Origin: Octopus sinensis
Taxonomy: Eukaryota
Length of the DNA stretch: 64,000 bases
Direction: 5' to 3'
NCBI RefSeq assembly: GCF_006345805.1
Contig: NC_042998.1
Span: 145,204,001-145,268,000, forward strand
A model generated the notes under the pieces. It did no database searches, was not told the origin of the DNA, and saw only the letters and a list, made by a program, of their open reading frames with translations. A program made the translations under genes and the position numbers. This document shows, in pieces, positions 1 to 13,212 of this stretch. Every line of letters begins with the position of its first letter. Within the stretch, counting starts at the first letter, position 1.

Positions 1-804
1 TATGTATGTATGTATATATAAAGAGAAAGAGAGAGAGAGAGAGAGAGAGACAAATAAATGGACGGGCAAAAACTGATAAGTGTATAGACGAAGGAAAGGG
101 CACTCAGCATGTGTCACAGGAATTAAAAATATGTTTGAACAGTTCGTTACTTAAACCTACTTCATTGAGAGTTTCACAAACGCAAAAACTCGTCTGATTG
201 TTCAAATACTCTCGATCTAAGTGGTGGGACAGCCAGAAGCAAGATCTCTGAGAGGAAAGAATTCAACTTTTACATCGGTATGGGGCTTGGAGAGGCAAGA
301 AGAGACCATGAATTCCTGCTGTGGGGAGGAGGTCCCATCCCTTTGTCAGGTTGGGTCCGAAGGCAACCACACACACACACACACACACATACATACATAC
401 ATATTCATTCACATATATATATATAATATAAATAATACATAAATATATATGCATACATATATATGTATATACACATGCATAAATGGGCACAAGAACACCA
501 TAGAACGTAAACAACATGAAATACGAAAACATGGAATACGAATTTGGTAACAAAAACAGGACAGTGAAAACAAACAGGAAGAGCTGCTAAGCCTAAACGA
601 GTTGAGTTGGTGAACGCGGAGGAACAAGCTCTGACAGGAGACAGACAAGAATGCGTCTTATCCATGTGGCTAATCAGAGAGAAAGAAAGAAATTCAAGTT
701 AGGAAAAGAAAGATAGCTGATGGTCATGTGCGAGCAACGAAAGAACAAGGACGGAAGAGTGTGAGAGAGAGAGAGGGACATACATATACATACATATATA
801 TATA

Positions 805-960
805 CGACAAGCTTTCAGTTTCCGTCTTCGAAATCCACTCAAAAGGCTTCAGTCGGCCTGAGGCTATTGTAGAAGACACATGCTTAAAGTGCCACACAGT
901 GGACTGAACCAGGAACCATGTGGTTGGGAAGCAAGTTTCTTACCACGCAGCCACACCTGC
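805..960 (-). mobile_element. tRNA-derived SINE, family A, 5' part
   Basis: Reverse complement reads GCAGGTGTGGCTGCGTGGTAAGAAACTTGCTTCCCAACCACATGGTTCCTGGTTCAGTCC (A/B-box-like tRNA head); same family as 27849-28262. Confidence 0.85.
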
Positions 961-1138
961 TTCATGTTTCAGTAATATTTTTGCTGCGTTTACTGGTTGA
1001 TGAACAAAAGGATAACCGACTAGCAGTTAGTCAGGGATAGTTTGATGGTTCAAATGTTAGCGAAAACTTTCTGAATAATGTTATAAAAGAAATCGAAATA
1101 TGGATGTACAGCTGCGTTGTCGAAAGTGAAAGGTGTCG

Positions 1139-1182
<44 letters not shown>

Positions 1183-1371
1183 TAGAAATATAAAAATATA
1201 TAAAAGGAGCAAAAATACTGGAGATTCAGTATACACCACATGGCAAAATTATGAGTTGAAAATATCTGGAAAACATAAAAAGTGGAAGAGAAATGCTTTC
1301 GTTTCACATAGTTTAATATCTTTTTATAAAGAAATTTTTAAAAATATATACATATTTTATGGATGTAGTGA

Positions 1372-1416
1372 TATCCAACCGGTTTTCGCTATTTAAATTA
1401 GCTTTTCAAGGAACAT
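1372..1416 (-). ncRNA. Degenerate minimal hammerhead ribozyme motif in the PLE 3' UTR
   Basis: Minus: tgttcc TTGAAAA GCTA-atttaaa-TAGC GAAA ACCGGTT gga. Helix II is perfect and helix III palindromic; helix I is weak. Confidence 0.45.
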
Positions 1417-1426
1417 TGTGAAGCAA

Positions 1427-1648
1427 GGCGGCGAGTTAGTAGAAACGTTAGCACGCCGGGCGAAATACTTGGCGGTATTTCGTTCTGAGTTCAAATTCCG
1501 CCGAGGTCGACTTTGCTTATCATACTTTCGGGGTCGATAAATTAAGTACCAGTTACGCACTGAGGTCGATGTAACCGACTTAATTCCCTTGTCTGTCCTA
1601 GTTTGTCCCCTCTACGTTAGCCCCTTGTGGGCAATAAAGAAATAAGGG
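1427..1648 (+). mobile_element. tRNA-derived SINE, family B, inserted into the PLE 3' UTR with a target-site duplication
   Basis: GGCGGCGAGTTAGTAGAAACGTTAGCACGCCGGGCG...GAGTTCAAATTCCGCCGAGGTCGAC. Flanks acattgtgaagcaa (1413-1426) and acaatgtgaagtaa (1649-1662) match at 12/14. Confidence 0.9.
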
Positions 1649-4600
1649 ACAATGTGAAGTAATCAATTCTTGTGACAAAGGGGTCTCGCCATTTTGGATG
1701 CTTGAAAAATAAGAATGAGTTTAGAGAGTGGACCAAGGGAGGTAACACGTGGCAAGGGGGACAACTAAGTCCTCAGTATAATTTTTGTATAATAAGGTGT
1801 GAAGTACTTTTGTATGAATAGGTTTTCCTTGTTTAGGCGTTCTTGCAAGGAGAGTGAATCTTTACATTGGTATAATGGAAAGATATGTAAATTCGGCGTT
1901 TATTTCTTGCGCATCTGTCGATATGTTCACTCTGGGCTATCTGCCTGTATTGAGGAAACGAATCTGTTCTTTATGGAGCGTGACTATGCGCCTCAAAGTA
2001 AGGCTCGTTTGGCCCACATAATTGTGGCCACAACCTGAGCAGGTTAGGGCATAGATAAAGTTCTGGGAAGCACATGTGAAGTTGGCCTTAATTGAGAATT
2101 TTTCTCCTTGCTGGAATATGAATTCTGTGCATTCAGTTAGGTATGGATATGTACTACAATTAGGTCGTCTGCATTTTTTAACTGCTGGTATCGTATGTAT
2201 TGAGTATAGTTTTGCACTTGTTAGGAGTCTCTTGAGTGATTTGTGTTGTCTTTTGCATTTGAAGAGTTTATGTGTATTTAGGATGTTGTTTATTTTCGGG
2301 TCTTGAGTGAGCAGAGGGAGGTTTTGTATAATTGTACTGCATGCTTCATTGTTACTGGGGTTGTGGGTTGATATGTATGGAAGTGATTTAAAGTGAGGTG
2401 TGGTGTTTGTTTTGTTGTCCTTAGTGTGTTTGTGTCTAATTTCTTGGCACGTTCAATTCCATGGTATATAAGTGAGGGTGGGTATTGACATTCAATGAGT
2501 GTTATTTTGGGACCTTGTAGGCGAAGTTCCCGCGTGGTTGTGTCAGATACAATTGTACAGATCCTTTTAGCTAGATTGAATGGGATATATATATTTTGGT
2601 GCGTTTTAGGATGGCATGAACTGAAAAGGAGATACTGTTTTGAGTCTGTTTTGAGTCTGTTCCATGTTTGAGTATTAAAGATGCAAGATCTTTTAATGTT
2701 TTTTGCTGCCTATAATTAGCAACTTTTTTTTTTATAAAAGATGTCATTTTCTAGTATGGCCAATGCTAGGTTTTTATAGCATTCTGTGTCCATCAGGACT
2801 ACAGCACTACCTTTGTCTGCTTATTTGATTGTCAGGTCTTTGTCGCTTTTTAGCTGTAGTAAGTGCTTCCATTGTAGGTTGTCGAAGTCAGGTACAATTT
2901 TTGGTCTATAGATAGTGTGGGGAAAATTCTGGATACGGTTGCAGAAGTCGTCTAGTATTTTATTCCTTCCTTTGGGTGGTAGATAATTGCTTTTGTTTTT
3001 CACTAGTGATTCGTCATCGTTGTTGTAGTTGGTTGGTGCTTCTGTCAATCGAAGTTTTCTACAGAGTTCTGCAATATTATCTTTAATTTCATTGGAGTTG
3101 GGTCTACGTGGAGTGGGGGGGGGGTAAATTTTGAACCTTTAGCTAAAATATGGATTTTTGTTGTGGATAGAGTTTTCTTAGATAAGTTGATTGTTTTGAG
3201 TTTCTCCCGTAAGTTATGCTCCAACGTGTGTCCCTGTGTCTCTCTACTCCGTCTAGAAAATGTTGTTTGTTGTAATTAGGTCGGAAGGGAGTTCTCAGTG
3301 TTTGGGTTGTTATTGTGGGAGTATTGTTGTGTAGGTGAATTAGTTGGGATTATATAGTGTGGGTGTTTATGTTGGAATGAGTTGTAGGGGTGTTTGGCAC
3401 TGTATGGGGCGCTGTGAAGATGTTCTTTTTGTCTGGGTGAAAGAGTAGAAGTTCCGAAAGTTGAATTCCTCTGTTGAGGAGTAGGTAGGATCCCCTGTCT
3501 GTTTCTAGTTGTTGGAGGGAAAGAATTGAAATAATAATTGTTATTATTATTCTTCCTAGTCATGGGGTGTTTCTTACTGGTGTTTTCTATTAATGGGTGG
3601 TTCTTACTGGTGTTTCCTATGAATGGAGGGTTCCTATTGTAAGGTTGGTGGTGGTTGATTTTCCAGTAGTGGGGTAGTTTTGTATGTCTGTGTTGGAGTT
3701 TGATCTGGATGTACGATTATTGGTTTCTGTGGATGTATTTGTTTTGGATTTTTTTTTAAAAAGGGGTTGTCTGAGGTGTAGTCTTTTTTGAATTGAGATT
3801 CGTAGTTGAGGAAAAAATTGATATTGTTTTCCCACCGTTGTAGTGAAATATTTTCTTCCGATTCGCAGTCGTCTTTCCATAGTTTAATAACATTTTGTAG
3901 AAGTTGTTCACTGGTATGTATTGTGAGTTCTGTGATCATCGCATCATCGATTTTATATTTTATATTTTATATATATATTTATATATTTATATATATCAAT
4001 TTTATATTTTTGTTCATGATTCTTAGCTCTGAGTTTAAGTAATTCACTCTCTCTTCTCATTTTTATAGCATTCTGTGTCCATCAGGACTACAGCACTATC
4101 TTTGTCTGCTTCTTTGATTGTCAGGTCTTTGTCGCTTTTTAGCTGTAGTAGGTGCTTCCGCTGTAGGTTGTTGAAGTTAGGTACAATTTTTGGTCTATAG
4201 ATAGTGTGGGGAAAATTCTGGATACGGTTGCAGAAGTCGTCTAGTGTTTTATTCCTTCCTTTGGGTGGTATAATTGCGTTGTTCTGGTTCATCTGGGATG
4301 GGTTTGATTTGGAGTTTGCATGGCATGATTAATGGTGTTGAAGTGATCCATTTTTCATATATTTTTGCCTTATTGTTATTTTTTTATCACGTTCCAGAAT
4401 GAGAGTTTTCTGGTGTTGAGGTTTTTGGACCAAGTGTGACTAATGCGGTTTTTAATTAGGTATGCTGAAATTGGTGTGTTTTCATTTGGGGTGGGTGATT
4501 TTTGTAGTGTATCTTTTATGATATTGTTTGTGAAAATGTTGGTAAAGAATTAGTTTAATGTAGTGCATAGTTCACTAAGATTTTGACTGACCTTCTCTGT

Positions 4601-5279
4601 AGATTGCTTTCTTTGAAAGTTTTCTAAGTCGTCTCCATCGATTTTGTTGGTTAGAGTGACTAAATTTGTGTTGATTTCTTTTAATTCCTTAAGGATGTCC
4701 TCGTTGGTAATTTAATCCGATGAGGTAGAGTTGGTTTCGCAGGCATTTTGTGTACAACATGAGGCAAATAGTAGAAATATAAAAATATATAAAAGGAGCA
4801 AAAATACTGGAGATTCATTATACACCATGTGGCAAAATCATGAGTTGAAAATTTGTGGAAAACATATATAAAACATATATATAACCAATGTGTTGGAAAA
4901 AAAAATGAAGACTACAAGGAATACATAGAGAGGAATGACGGTTTGGAACCGAGTAAATGCATGTTATGGGAACAGAGAATATCACCATTTTTGTTGCTCC
5001 TAGCATTGTTGTTGTTGTTGTTGTCATTTCCATTATTCTTATGGTTCTTTTCATTCATATAATAGTTTCAAATATCAGTGCGTGGCAAGTTGAATATCGT
5101 GAAGGAAGAATATGAAAAGGAGATATTTAGAGAGATAGCTAGATGGATAGATGGATGGAAGGATAGATAGATAAAAAGATAGATAGCTAAATAGATACAT
5201 AGATACATAGATGGATCTATAGATAGAGTGATAAAGAGTGAGAAGGAGGGAGAGAAACGGAGGTAGAAGGGGAGAGAAC

Positions 5280-5393
5280 AATAGAAAGAGAGAGAGAGAG
5301 GGGGGGTGAAGATAGATGGATATTTAGATAAAAATATAAAGATGAATAGATCGATTGACTATTAGGTTGTTATACAGACATATATACAAGCGT

Positions 5394-5480
<87 letters not shown>

Positions 5481-5658
5481 ATATGTATGTATGTATGAAT
5501 GTATTTATGTGGACAGATAAAGAAGACTATGGAAAGAAGGATAAATGAAAACGAAAGCAAAGGAATAGAAAAAGAAGTCCGAATAAAGAAAGGGAAGGCC
5601 TAAAGAGTGAATAAGCTAGCAAGGAAGAAAGGGGCGAAAGAAAGAGAGTAAGTGAATG

Positions 5659-5697
<39 letters not shown>

Positions 5698-5904
5698 TAT
5701 TGAAAATGAATGAAATTGAATATGTTGTTAGGAAAGGAGGAGATACCTGAGCCAAGTTTATAGGTATAGTGACATGTTAATATATTATACATATATATGG
5801 TTTTGCTGGTCAGGTGAGTATTGATGATGGTAACTTTTATTAGGTATCTGGTGTGTCGGATGGGAGCTTTTCTAATATGAATATTACCAAACCTGATTAT
5901 GTTT

Positions 5905-5937
<33 letters not shown>

Positions 5938-5948
5938 CACACACACAT

Positions 5949-5999
<51 letters not shown>

Positions 6000-6021
6000 C
6001 ATATATATATACATACATATA

Positions 6022-6070
<49 letters not shown>

Positions 6071-6116
6071 TATGTATGTATATGTGTATATATATAGTCA
6101 TATATATATGTATATG

Positions 6117-6156
<40 letters not shown>

Positions 6157-6162
6157 TATATG

Positions 6163-6193
<31 letters not shown>

Positions 6194-6194
6194 G

Positions 6195-6242
<48 letters not shown>

Positions 6243-7043
6243 ATATAAATGCAAGTGTATTTATTATGTGTATGTATATATGGTTGTATATAGAGATATA
6301 AGTTTATGTTTCATCTATATATGCATATATTACACATACATACATAGGAACATGTACATATATATACATATGTCTGTGTGAATATGTATCTATGTATGAA
6401 TATATGTGTGTATGAGCGAGGTTTTGTATTTGTATGTGTGCGTAGTGTGTACATATTTGTGAGTGCATGTGTGCGTGTATGTATGTATATATATATATAT
6501 ATATACATACATACATACATATCTCTATACATCCCTCCATACACACGCATACATTCACGCATGCATAGATGCTTACATACACGCACGCATGCATACACGC
6601 ATACATAAATGCTTACATACATAGACACACATACATATATACATACATACTTACACACATACATGCACACATACACAGACACAATACAGAATTTATGCAT
6701 ATATGCATGAAAATATGTATATCAATGCCCCGCCCCCCTCACACACACATACATACATACATACATACATACATACATACATACATACATACATACATAC
6801 ATACATACATACATACATACATACATACATGCATACATACATAAACAGGTGTGAAATGGTCAGCAATGGTTGCAAGTTTAATTGAATCTTGTTGAAATAT
6901 ATGTAATATGTAGAGCGAAATTTCCCGAAGGAGAACCAAGCCTCGCCTCAACACCGTCGTTAAAACACATCATATAATGTATTGTATCTATATTGGAACC
7001 TCAAGATGAATTCCAATAAAGTGGCGTGTGCATGTTGTATGTA

Positions 7044-7100
<57 letters not shown>

Positions 7101-7600
7101 ATGTATTTTTTCTGAATTACGGATCTTTTAGCGTCTGTCGGTTTATGTATGTATGTTTGTATCTATGTGTGTATGTTTGCATGTATGTATGTATGTATGT
7201 ATGTATGTATGTATGTATATATATGTATGTATGTATGCATGTATGTATGTATATATGTATGTATGTATGTATGTATGCATGTATGCATGTATGTATGTAT
7301 GTATGCATGTATGTATGTATGTATGTATCTGTCTGTCTGTCTGCCTCTCTCTCTCTTTCTCTCGCTCTCTCTCTATATATAATACATACAATACACACAT
7401 ACATATCTATCTATATATGTGTGTGTACCCATACATATATGTATATATACATATCCATACATATATGTATATATTTATATATGCATACACATGTATCTCT
7501 CTGTGTCTACACACACACATTTGTATATAATCATACACTCATACATATATATATATTTTTACAAGAAATGATTGACAGTGACTTCAAACTTTAGCTTCTC
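5280..7600. repeat. Compound microsatellite field (GA, GATA, AT, CA, ATAC/TATG)
   Basis: Directly visible; explains the YIYI/HTHT/MYVC ORFs in the track. Confidence 0.97.
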
Positions 7601-8030
7601 AACTGCCCCTTTTATAGTGTATGACGTATTTTTATACAAACTTTAATTCCAGAATTTGACCACTAAACCTTTAGCTTTCTACGTCATCGGATTCGCGTGT
7701 GTGTTGTATGTATTGTTTATGTTAATTATAGTTTTTAGTGCTACGCCACAAATGCTAATCCGACAATGTGGAACTCTAAGTATCCAACGGTAAAATTCTG
7801 GAGGAAATATCTCTTTAAATATAAACTGACTACATCAAATGGTCAGTAGAGAAGTCCATCTCAAAGATGTGGCTGAGATAGTCTAGAGACGTTAATATAA
7901 ATGAATTTGCGAAATTTCTTTTTCCAAACGAACAATGAAGATCTGATTTGCAGATGCAGTAATAATAATGATGATGATGACGATGATAATAATAATGATG
8001 AAGATGATGATGATGATGATGATGATGATA

Positions 8031-8077
<47 letters not shown>

Positions 8078-8080
<3 letters not shown>

Positions 8081-8537
8081 GGCTACAGCAAATATTCTGC
8101 TCAATACCACAGATTTGCTTGTCAGTTGTTTGACCTTAACCAGTTGAGCATGTCCCTTAGTGGCTGACGATATGTGCATCTCTGATCACGAGCAGAAGTA
8201 GTGGGGAAGCATCATAGCCATGTGTTGAGAAGGATTCTTTGGGGTTTGAATAGTTCACCTCTGGAAACATGGGTGGTTCTTTCAACGTCCTTAAACAACC
8301 CTTATTCAGGGACCGTTTGAGCGGGATGGGCTACTCAACCTGAAGAAAATTCTAACTGGGCCCCACCTGCAAGGTCATGTGCTGTTTATCTTGATATGGG
8401 ATCACCATGTCGCGCACATATGGTTGTGATGCATGTACCTGGTGTACCCTTATCAGACGGGTAGTCATGATGGGTATATTGGGCTTCGTATATTTTACCC
8501 CAGTGTCACTTTGATGGCATGAACTGCTCTCTCACTC
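8078..8537 (+). mobile_element. 554-bp (AAT)n-tailed non-coding element, 5'-truncated copy 1
   Basis: Near-identical to 23681-24234; ends ...CTCTCACTC(AAT)n; embedded in (AAT)n/(GAT)n. Confidence 0.92.
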
Positions 8538-8550
8538 AATAATAATAATA

Positions 8551-8587
<37 letters not shown>

Positions 8588-8599
8588 CTTTTACTGGGC

Positions 8600-9065
8600 A
8601 AAAGAGTCCAAGACATGGAGGACAGTAGCTGTTGAGAAAGGGACAGAGAACTTCTTTGGGACTTTCGTATCCAAACGGATCATGTCCTAGTGCGTAACAG
8701 ACGAGATACTTTAGTGTTTGAGAAGAGGGAGCGAATTTCCTCTATGATTGATGTGGCCTGTCCATTTGAGACAAGAGTAAAGCAAAAGAAATCAAGAAGG
8801 TAGATATATACCAGGTCTTGAAGAGAGAGATAAGCAGATTGTGGGGTTGCAAAGAAAATGAGATCGTACCAATTGTCAGTGGAGCCTTAGGCATAATGGG
8901 GATGAGACTCAAAGAGTGAACAGACATTTTCGGCTTGCGGAAGTACATACAATATATGCAATTGACATGCTTATTGTGAAGATAATTCGAATGTTCTTGG
9001 ATGGCTGAGGTTACAGGTGGTGACTTGTTATCCAAGAGTAAACCCACCTAAAACCCATCATAGGG
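8600..9065 (+). mobile_element. R4/Dong-type non-LTR retrotransposon 3' fragment (restriction-like endonuclease)
   Basis: ELLWDFRIQTDHVLVRNRRDTLVFEKRERISSMIDVACPFETRV...YQVLKREISRLWGCKENEIVPIVSGALG matches the WDF..TD...RPD..IDVACP..K..Y..L.REI..LW...VP.V.GALG pattern. Confidence 0.85.
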
Positions 9066-9389
9066 GTGGGAGACAAAAAATTTTGAAATAATAAAACTAA
9101 TAATTATATTAGAACATAATCGTGTTTTCATAATAATATCTACGCGAAAAGCTCTTCCCCAAATATGCAAATATATATATGTATGTATATGCGAGTGCGT
9201 ACTTATCCAAAATGGAGATGAACACTATTCCTCAATGTGATCGGCTTGAAAAAATTGTTAAGATTTTAAGATATTTTTCTTAACATGAAACGAATGCTAT
9301 CTTCAATGTACAAGTAGAGACATTTTATCCACCAATACAATGTTGGGCACTCATTCTCGTTGTTCGATATTTACGTATATATGCATATG

Positions 9390-9668
9390 ATGGACTCTCC
9401 CGTCGAAGACGACGTATGGACATTCAACTTTTTCCACATGACTTGCACAAATGATTTGTTTATAGTGATCAAATGTATGTGCCGCACATTAGCTCACTCT
9501 CTCCATCAAATCCACATTGTCTGAACAGGTGCACTGTGTGCCACGCGTCAGGTATCGAAGTGATCGCAGAGCAACGCGAGATGAAGTGTTTTACTCAAGA
9601 ATACAACGCACCACTCGGTCTAGGAATTGAAACAACGATCTAATGATCATGAGTGTAACACCCTAACC
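9390..9668 (-). mobile_element. tRNA-derived SINE, family C
   Basis: Minus head GGTTAGGGTGTTACACTCATGATCATTAGATCGTTGTTTCAATTCCTAGACCG; homologous to 13705-13958. Confidence 0.85.
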
Positions 9669-10679
9669 CCTATATATATACTCACATATGTACATTTAAG
9701 CATACTTACTCGCACATGCATGCACACATAAACACAGCATACTTAAATGAATATATACATACAAGCACATAGACATACACAACACATGTATACACCCATA
9801 CACACAAGTACATACATACACATACATATATAAATACATACATACATGCACACATACATTCACTCATACATTCATTCATACATACATACATACATACATA
9901 CATACATACATACATACATACATACATACATACATACATACATGCAAGCATACATACATACATAAATACATGCATACATACATATGCAGGCATACACACA
10001 CGACAAGATATGGTCATCGGAACATCTTTCACTGAACAAATCAATATCCCACAAAACATTCTCAGAACCAGAATTCTTGCTAACATTTTGGATATTTGAT
10101 TGATCTCACGAAGAAATCCGTTCCATTGACAGGACAAACCAAAAAGATACTTACTTGCAAGCGGCAATTTCCACATCAACAGCGATATCGACAGGCGCTG
10201 TCCAGAATGGAAGCCAGACGGAAGACATCATGGTTCACTTTCAATAACTTTTGACAGCCTGATATAATATCAGAAACATACACTAACCATATTTATTGAT
10301 GAAAGAATTTGAAAATTGGACTTGTAAAAATTATACTTCAGGCAAATTATTTGTATGGAGACAAAATATGAACGTTTGGACAACGAGACCAAAACAAAAA
10401 AAAAATGATTTAAAACTTTGGTACGTGGCTAGCCATTTTAGAGGAAAGACTGTTTTGATTACGTCATAATTAGTGCTCTAGTGGAATTTGATCTCAGAAT
10501 ATACAGAGGCTCAGAAGAAATGCGGTTAAACATTTTGCCGCACGTCCTAATGATTGACCAGCTCGCCACCTAAAAACCAAAATAAATAAGTTTCAGATTT
10601 TTGCGCAAGGCCAGCATATTTAGAGGAGGAGGTTAAGATGCATGAGAATACATACATAAAACATACAAATCTGTACGTA

Positions 10680-10888
10680 CATGAATGCATACATACATAC
10701 ATACATACATACATACATACATACATACATACATACATACATACATACATACCCTGTTGTTGATGTTGAAATTCTAATAAAGGAACTTTGGATCTAGGTT
10801 AGAAACCGGTTCTTTCTCTATTGGCAAGAAATCTTGAAATAAACTGAATAATGACATACATGCATGCATGCATACATACATACATATA

Positions 10889-10978
<90 letters not shown>

Positions 10979-11300
10979 TACATACACATACATACATATA
11001 CACATACATATATATATAGATGCATACAGAACTACATACAAACATGCACATATGCACAGATATACATACATGCATACATAAATACATACATATAAGCATA
11101 CATGGAAACATACATATATTCTTATAAACATACATAAAAACATGCATACCTGCAATCAGACAAACACACACACATACATGCATGCATACATACATACATA
11201 CATACATACATACATACATACATACATACGTACATACATACATACATACATACACATACATATGTACATACATGCATGCATACATATATACACGTTTCTT
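10680..11300. repeat. (ATAC)n/(AT)n microsatellite field
   Basis: Directly visible. Confidence 0.97.
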
Positions 11301-11309
11301 TGTGTGTGT

Positions 11310-11425
11310 AAGGTTAGGGTGTTGGCTTCGCTATCATAAGGTCGTGAGTTCGGTTCCTGGAGCAGGCGGCGCGTCCTTGAGTTGTGTCCTTGAGTAAGAT
11401 AATTCATTTTACTTTACTGCACCAG
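11310..11425 (+). mobile_element. SINE family C, head fragment
   Basis: GGTTAGGGTGTTGGCTTCGCTATCATAAGGTCGTGAGTTCGGTTCCTGG...GTGTCCTTGAG. Confidence 0.7.
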
Positions 11426-11617
11426 ATCCTCTCTCTAACGGGCACATCCTCGATGTTCTATTGAACCAAAGGTGAGGAGTCCAAGAGCTTGTCTGTTTCT
11501 TATGATTTGTTTGGCCAAATTTTTCTGACGTCGTCATTTTTAAAAGGTCCTGCTTGTTTACACACGTTTTACTTGTAAAGAAAAGAGTCGGGTTTAAATT
11601 TGAGGCAGAGATCTGCT

Positions 11618-11699
<82 letters not shown>

Positions 11700-13212
11700 T
11701 ACACACGCACGCACGCACACACACACACATACACACACACACAAACCACACATAGACACACACGTCACAAGCATATATATCGATCAACAAGCGCTCGAAA
11801 AATGTCTGCAAATGTACAACGTTTTAGTGCAATCATTTCCTATGGAAATATACAATACATTATCGATTTTAAACGATTTTGTACCTGAGTTGGTGGGGTA
11901 TATCAGAAGACATTTTATGACCAAGACTTAAATAAATAAAATATTTTGTCCCTAGGAAAAATGCTACTGTTGTTATTGTTGTTTTATAGACACAGGTCAA
12001 TCTCGATCGATCAGTCCTATCTATGTTCAAAGTCGATCCAGACGTAAACATTCTTTTACCTTCAGTGAGTTGAGAACACCACCGGCCGTTGTTCAACCTT
12101 TCAGTTTTGTGAGACGGTATGATGCGATTTGCAGATTTAGTTGCTATTTTTAACAGGCCCAGCAAACCAACAAAAGCTCAATCGCAGGCTCGACTAAGCA
12201 TGTATACTATTTAGGAGATATCGATTATCAAACCGATTTGAATTTTACATCAAAAGAAAGCAAAAAGAGAATCTCATTATCCAGATGAAGCAGTAATTGC
12301 ACTCCAAATATACTCTGATAATAGTGTAGAATATCCTTTCATAATAATATAATCGTTATGACACTTTCTAACGTTACCAGTTTCTTTTTACTCTGTAACA
12401 TTAATAAGTTGAGGTTTACAAAGAACAGTAATAACTTGATTTCATTTGAATTATTCAAATTCAATTTATAGTTTTTATACGATTTTGTTCTAAACTAGGC
12501 TTGAGGCCACAGTAGCGTAATGGACTACAAAGAAGGAAAAGAAGTGCCTACAATTTCAAAAGATGTCGATTGATAGAAAGCGAAAAAGGATTGACCAGAG
12601 GAAAATAAAATGATGGTAGTGCGTTCCAGAGAGTAGCAGTTTGAGGAAAGAAACTATTTAAACAAAAGGATTTATGACTTACAAGAACCTCAATAAAGAA
12701 ACGATGCGCCCGGGCAAAAAAATGGGTGACTCGTTTTAAAGCCTTGATATAGAGTACCAGACCAGAAAGATTATTAGAGAATGACCTTAGAAAAAATTAT
12801 AGAAAAGTCAGAGTGAAGTACATTTCGACGATCAGCCAAAGACTCCAACCTAGTTGAAAGAAGAGGATTCACCATGTTGACAACTTGATTCTGAATTCAA
12901 CCAAGCCACTTAAGATATTCAGAAGAGGCAACAGTCCAAAGATGATAGTAATATTCAATGCAAAATGGGGGTATTATTTATAATAGTGGTTGATTCTTGT
13001 TTCAATAATTGAAAGACATATATTAACACAGTAAATCATCACGTGTACGCGAACAACGAGAATCAAAATAAATGATGTACCGATTCATTCTCAATACGTT
13101 CCGGTAGAAACGGGTAATCAATACCCTTATAGCTGTTGTACTTCGTCTTCGGAAAGCCCCTTTTCCTTTTTGACGGTGTATGCTTATAATACATTCAATT
13201 TATTCACGTAAG

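Larger units (their letters stand above)
1182..4866 (-). mobile_element. Penelope-like element (PLE), decayed: long N-terminal ORF, pre-RT region, RT core deleted, thumb and GIY-YIG endonuclease, bounded by 96-bp direct repeats (pseudo-LTR-like)
   Basis: Minus-strand translation gives DLTIK*ADKGSAVVLMDTECY, then KQYLLFSSCHPK and IPFNLAKRICTIVSD (frameshifted), then FTCASQNFIYALTCSGCGHNYVGQT (GIY-YIG) and LYQCKDSLSLQERLNKENLFIQKY. 1182-1277 matches 4771-4866 with about 6 mismatches in 96 bp. Confidence 0.88.

Noticed and set aside
60-700. Protein-like frames and possible PLE 3' remnant at the window start
   Set aside because: Resemblance too weak to assign; frames are short and interrupted.
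11426-11471. 46-nt plus-strand exon candidate (DPLSNGHILDVLLNQ)
   Set aside because: The acceptor derives from a SINE family C tract; no independent support.
12500-12950. Purine-rich LINE-like relic
   Set aside because: No motif could be matched confidently in any frame.
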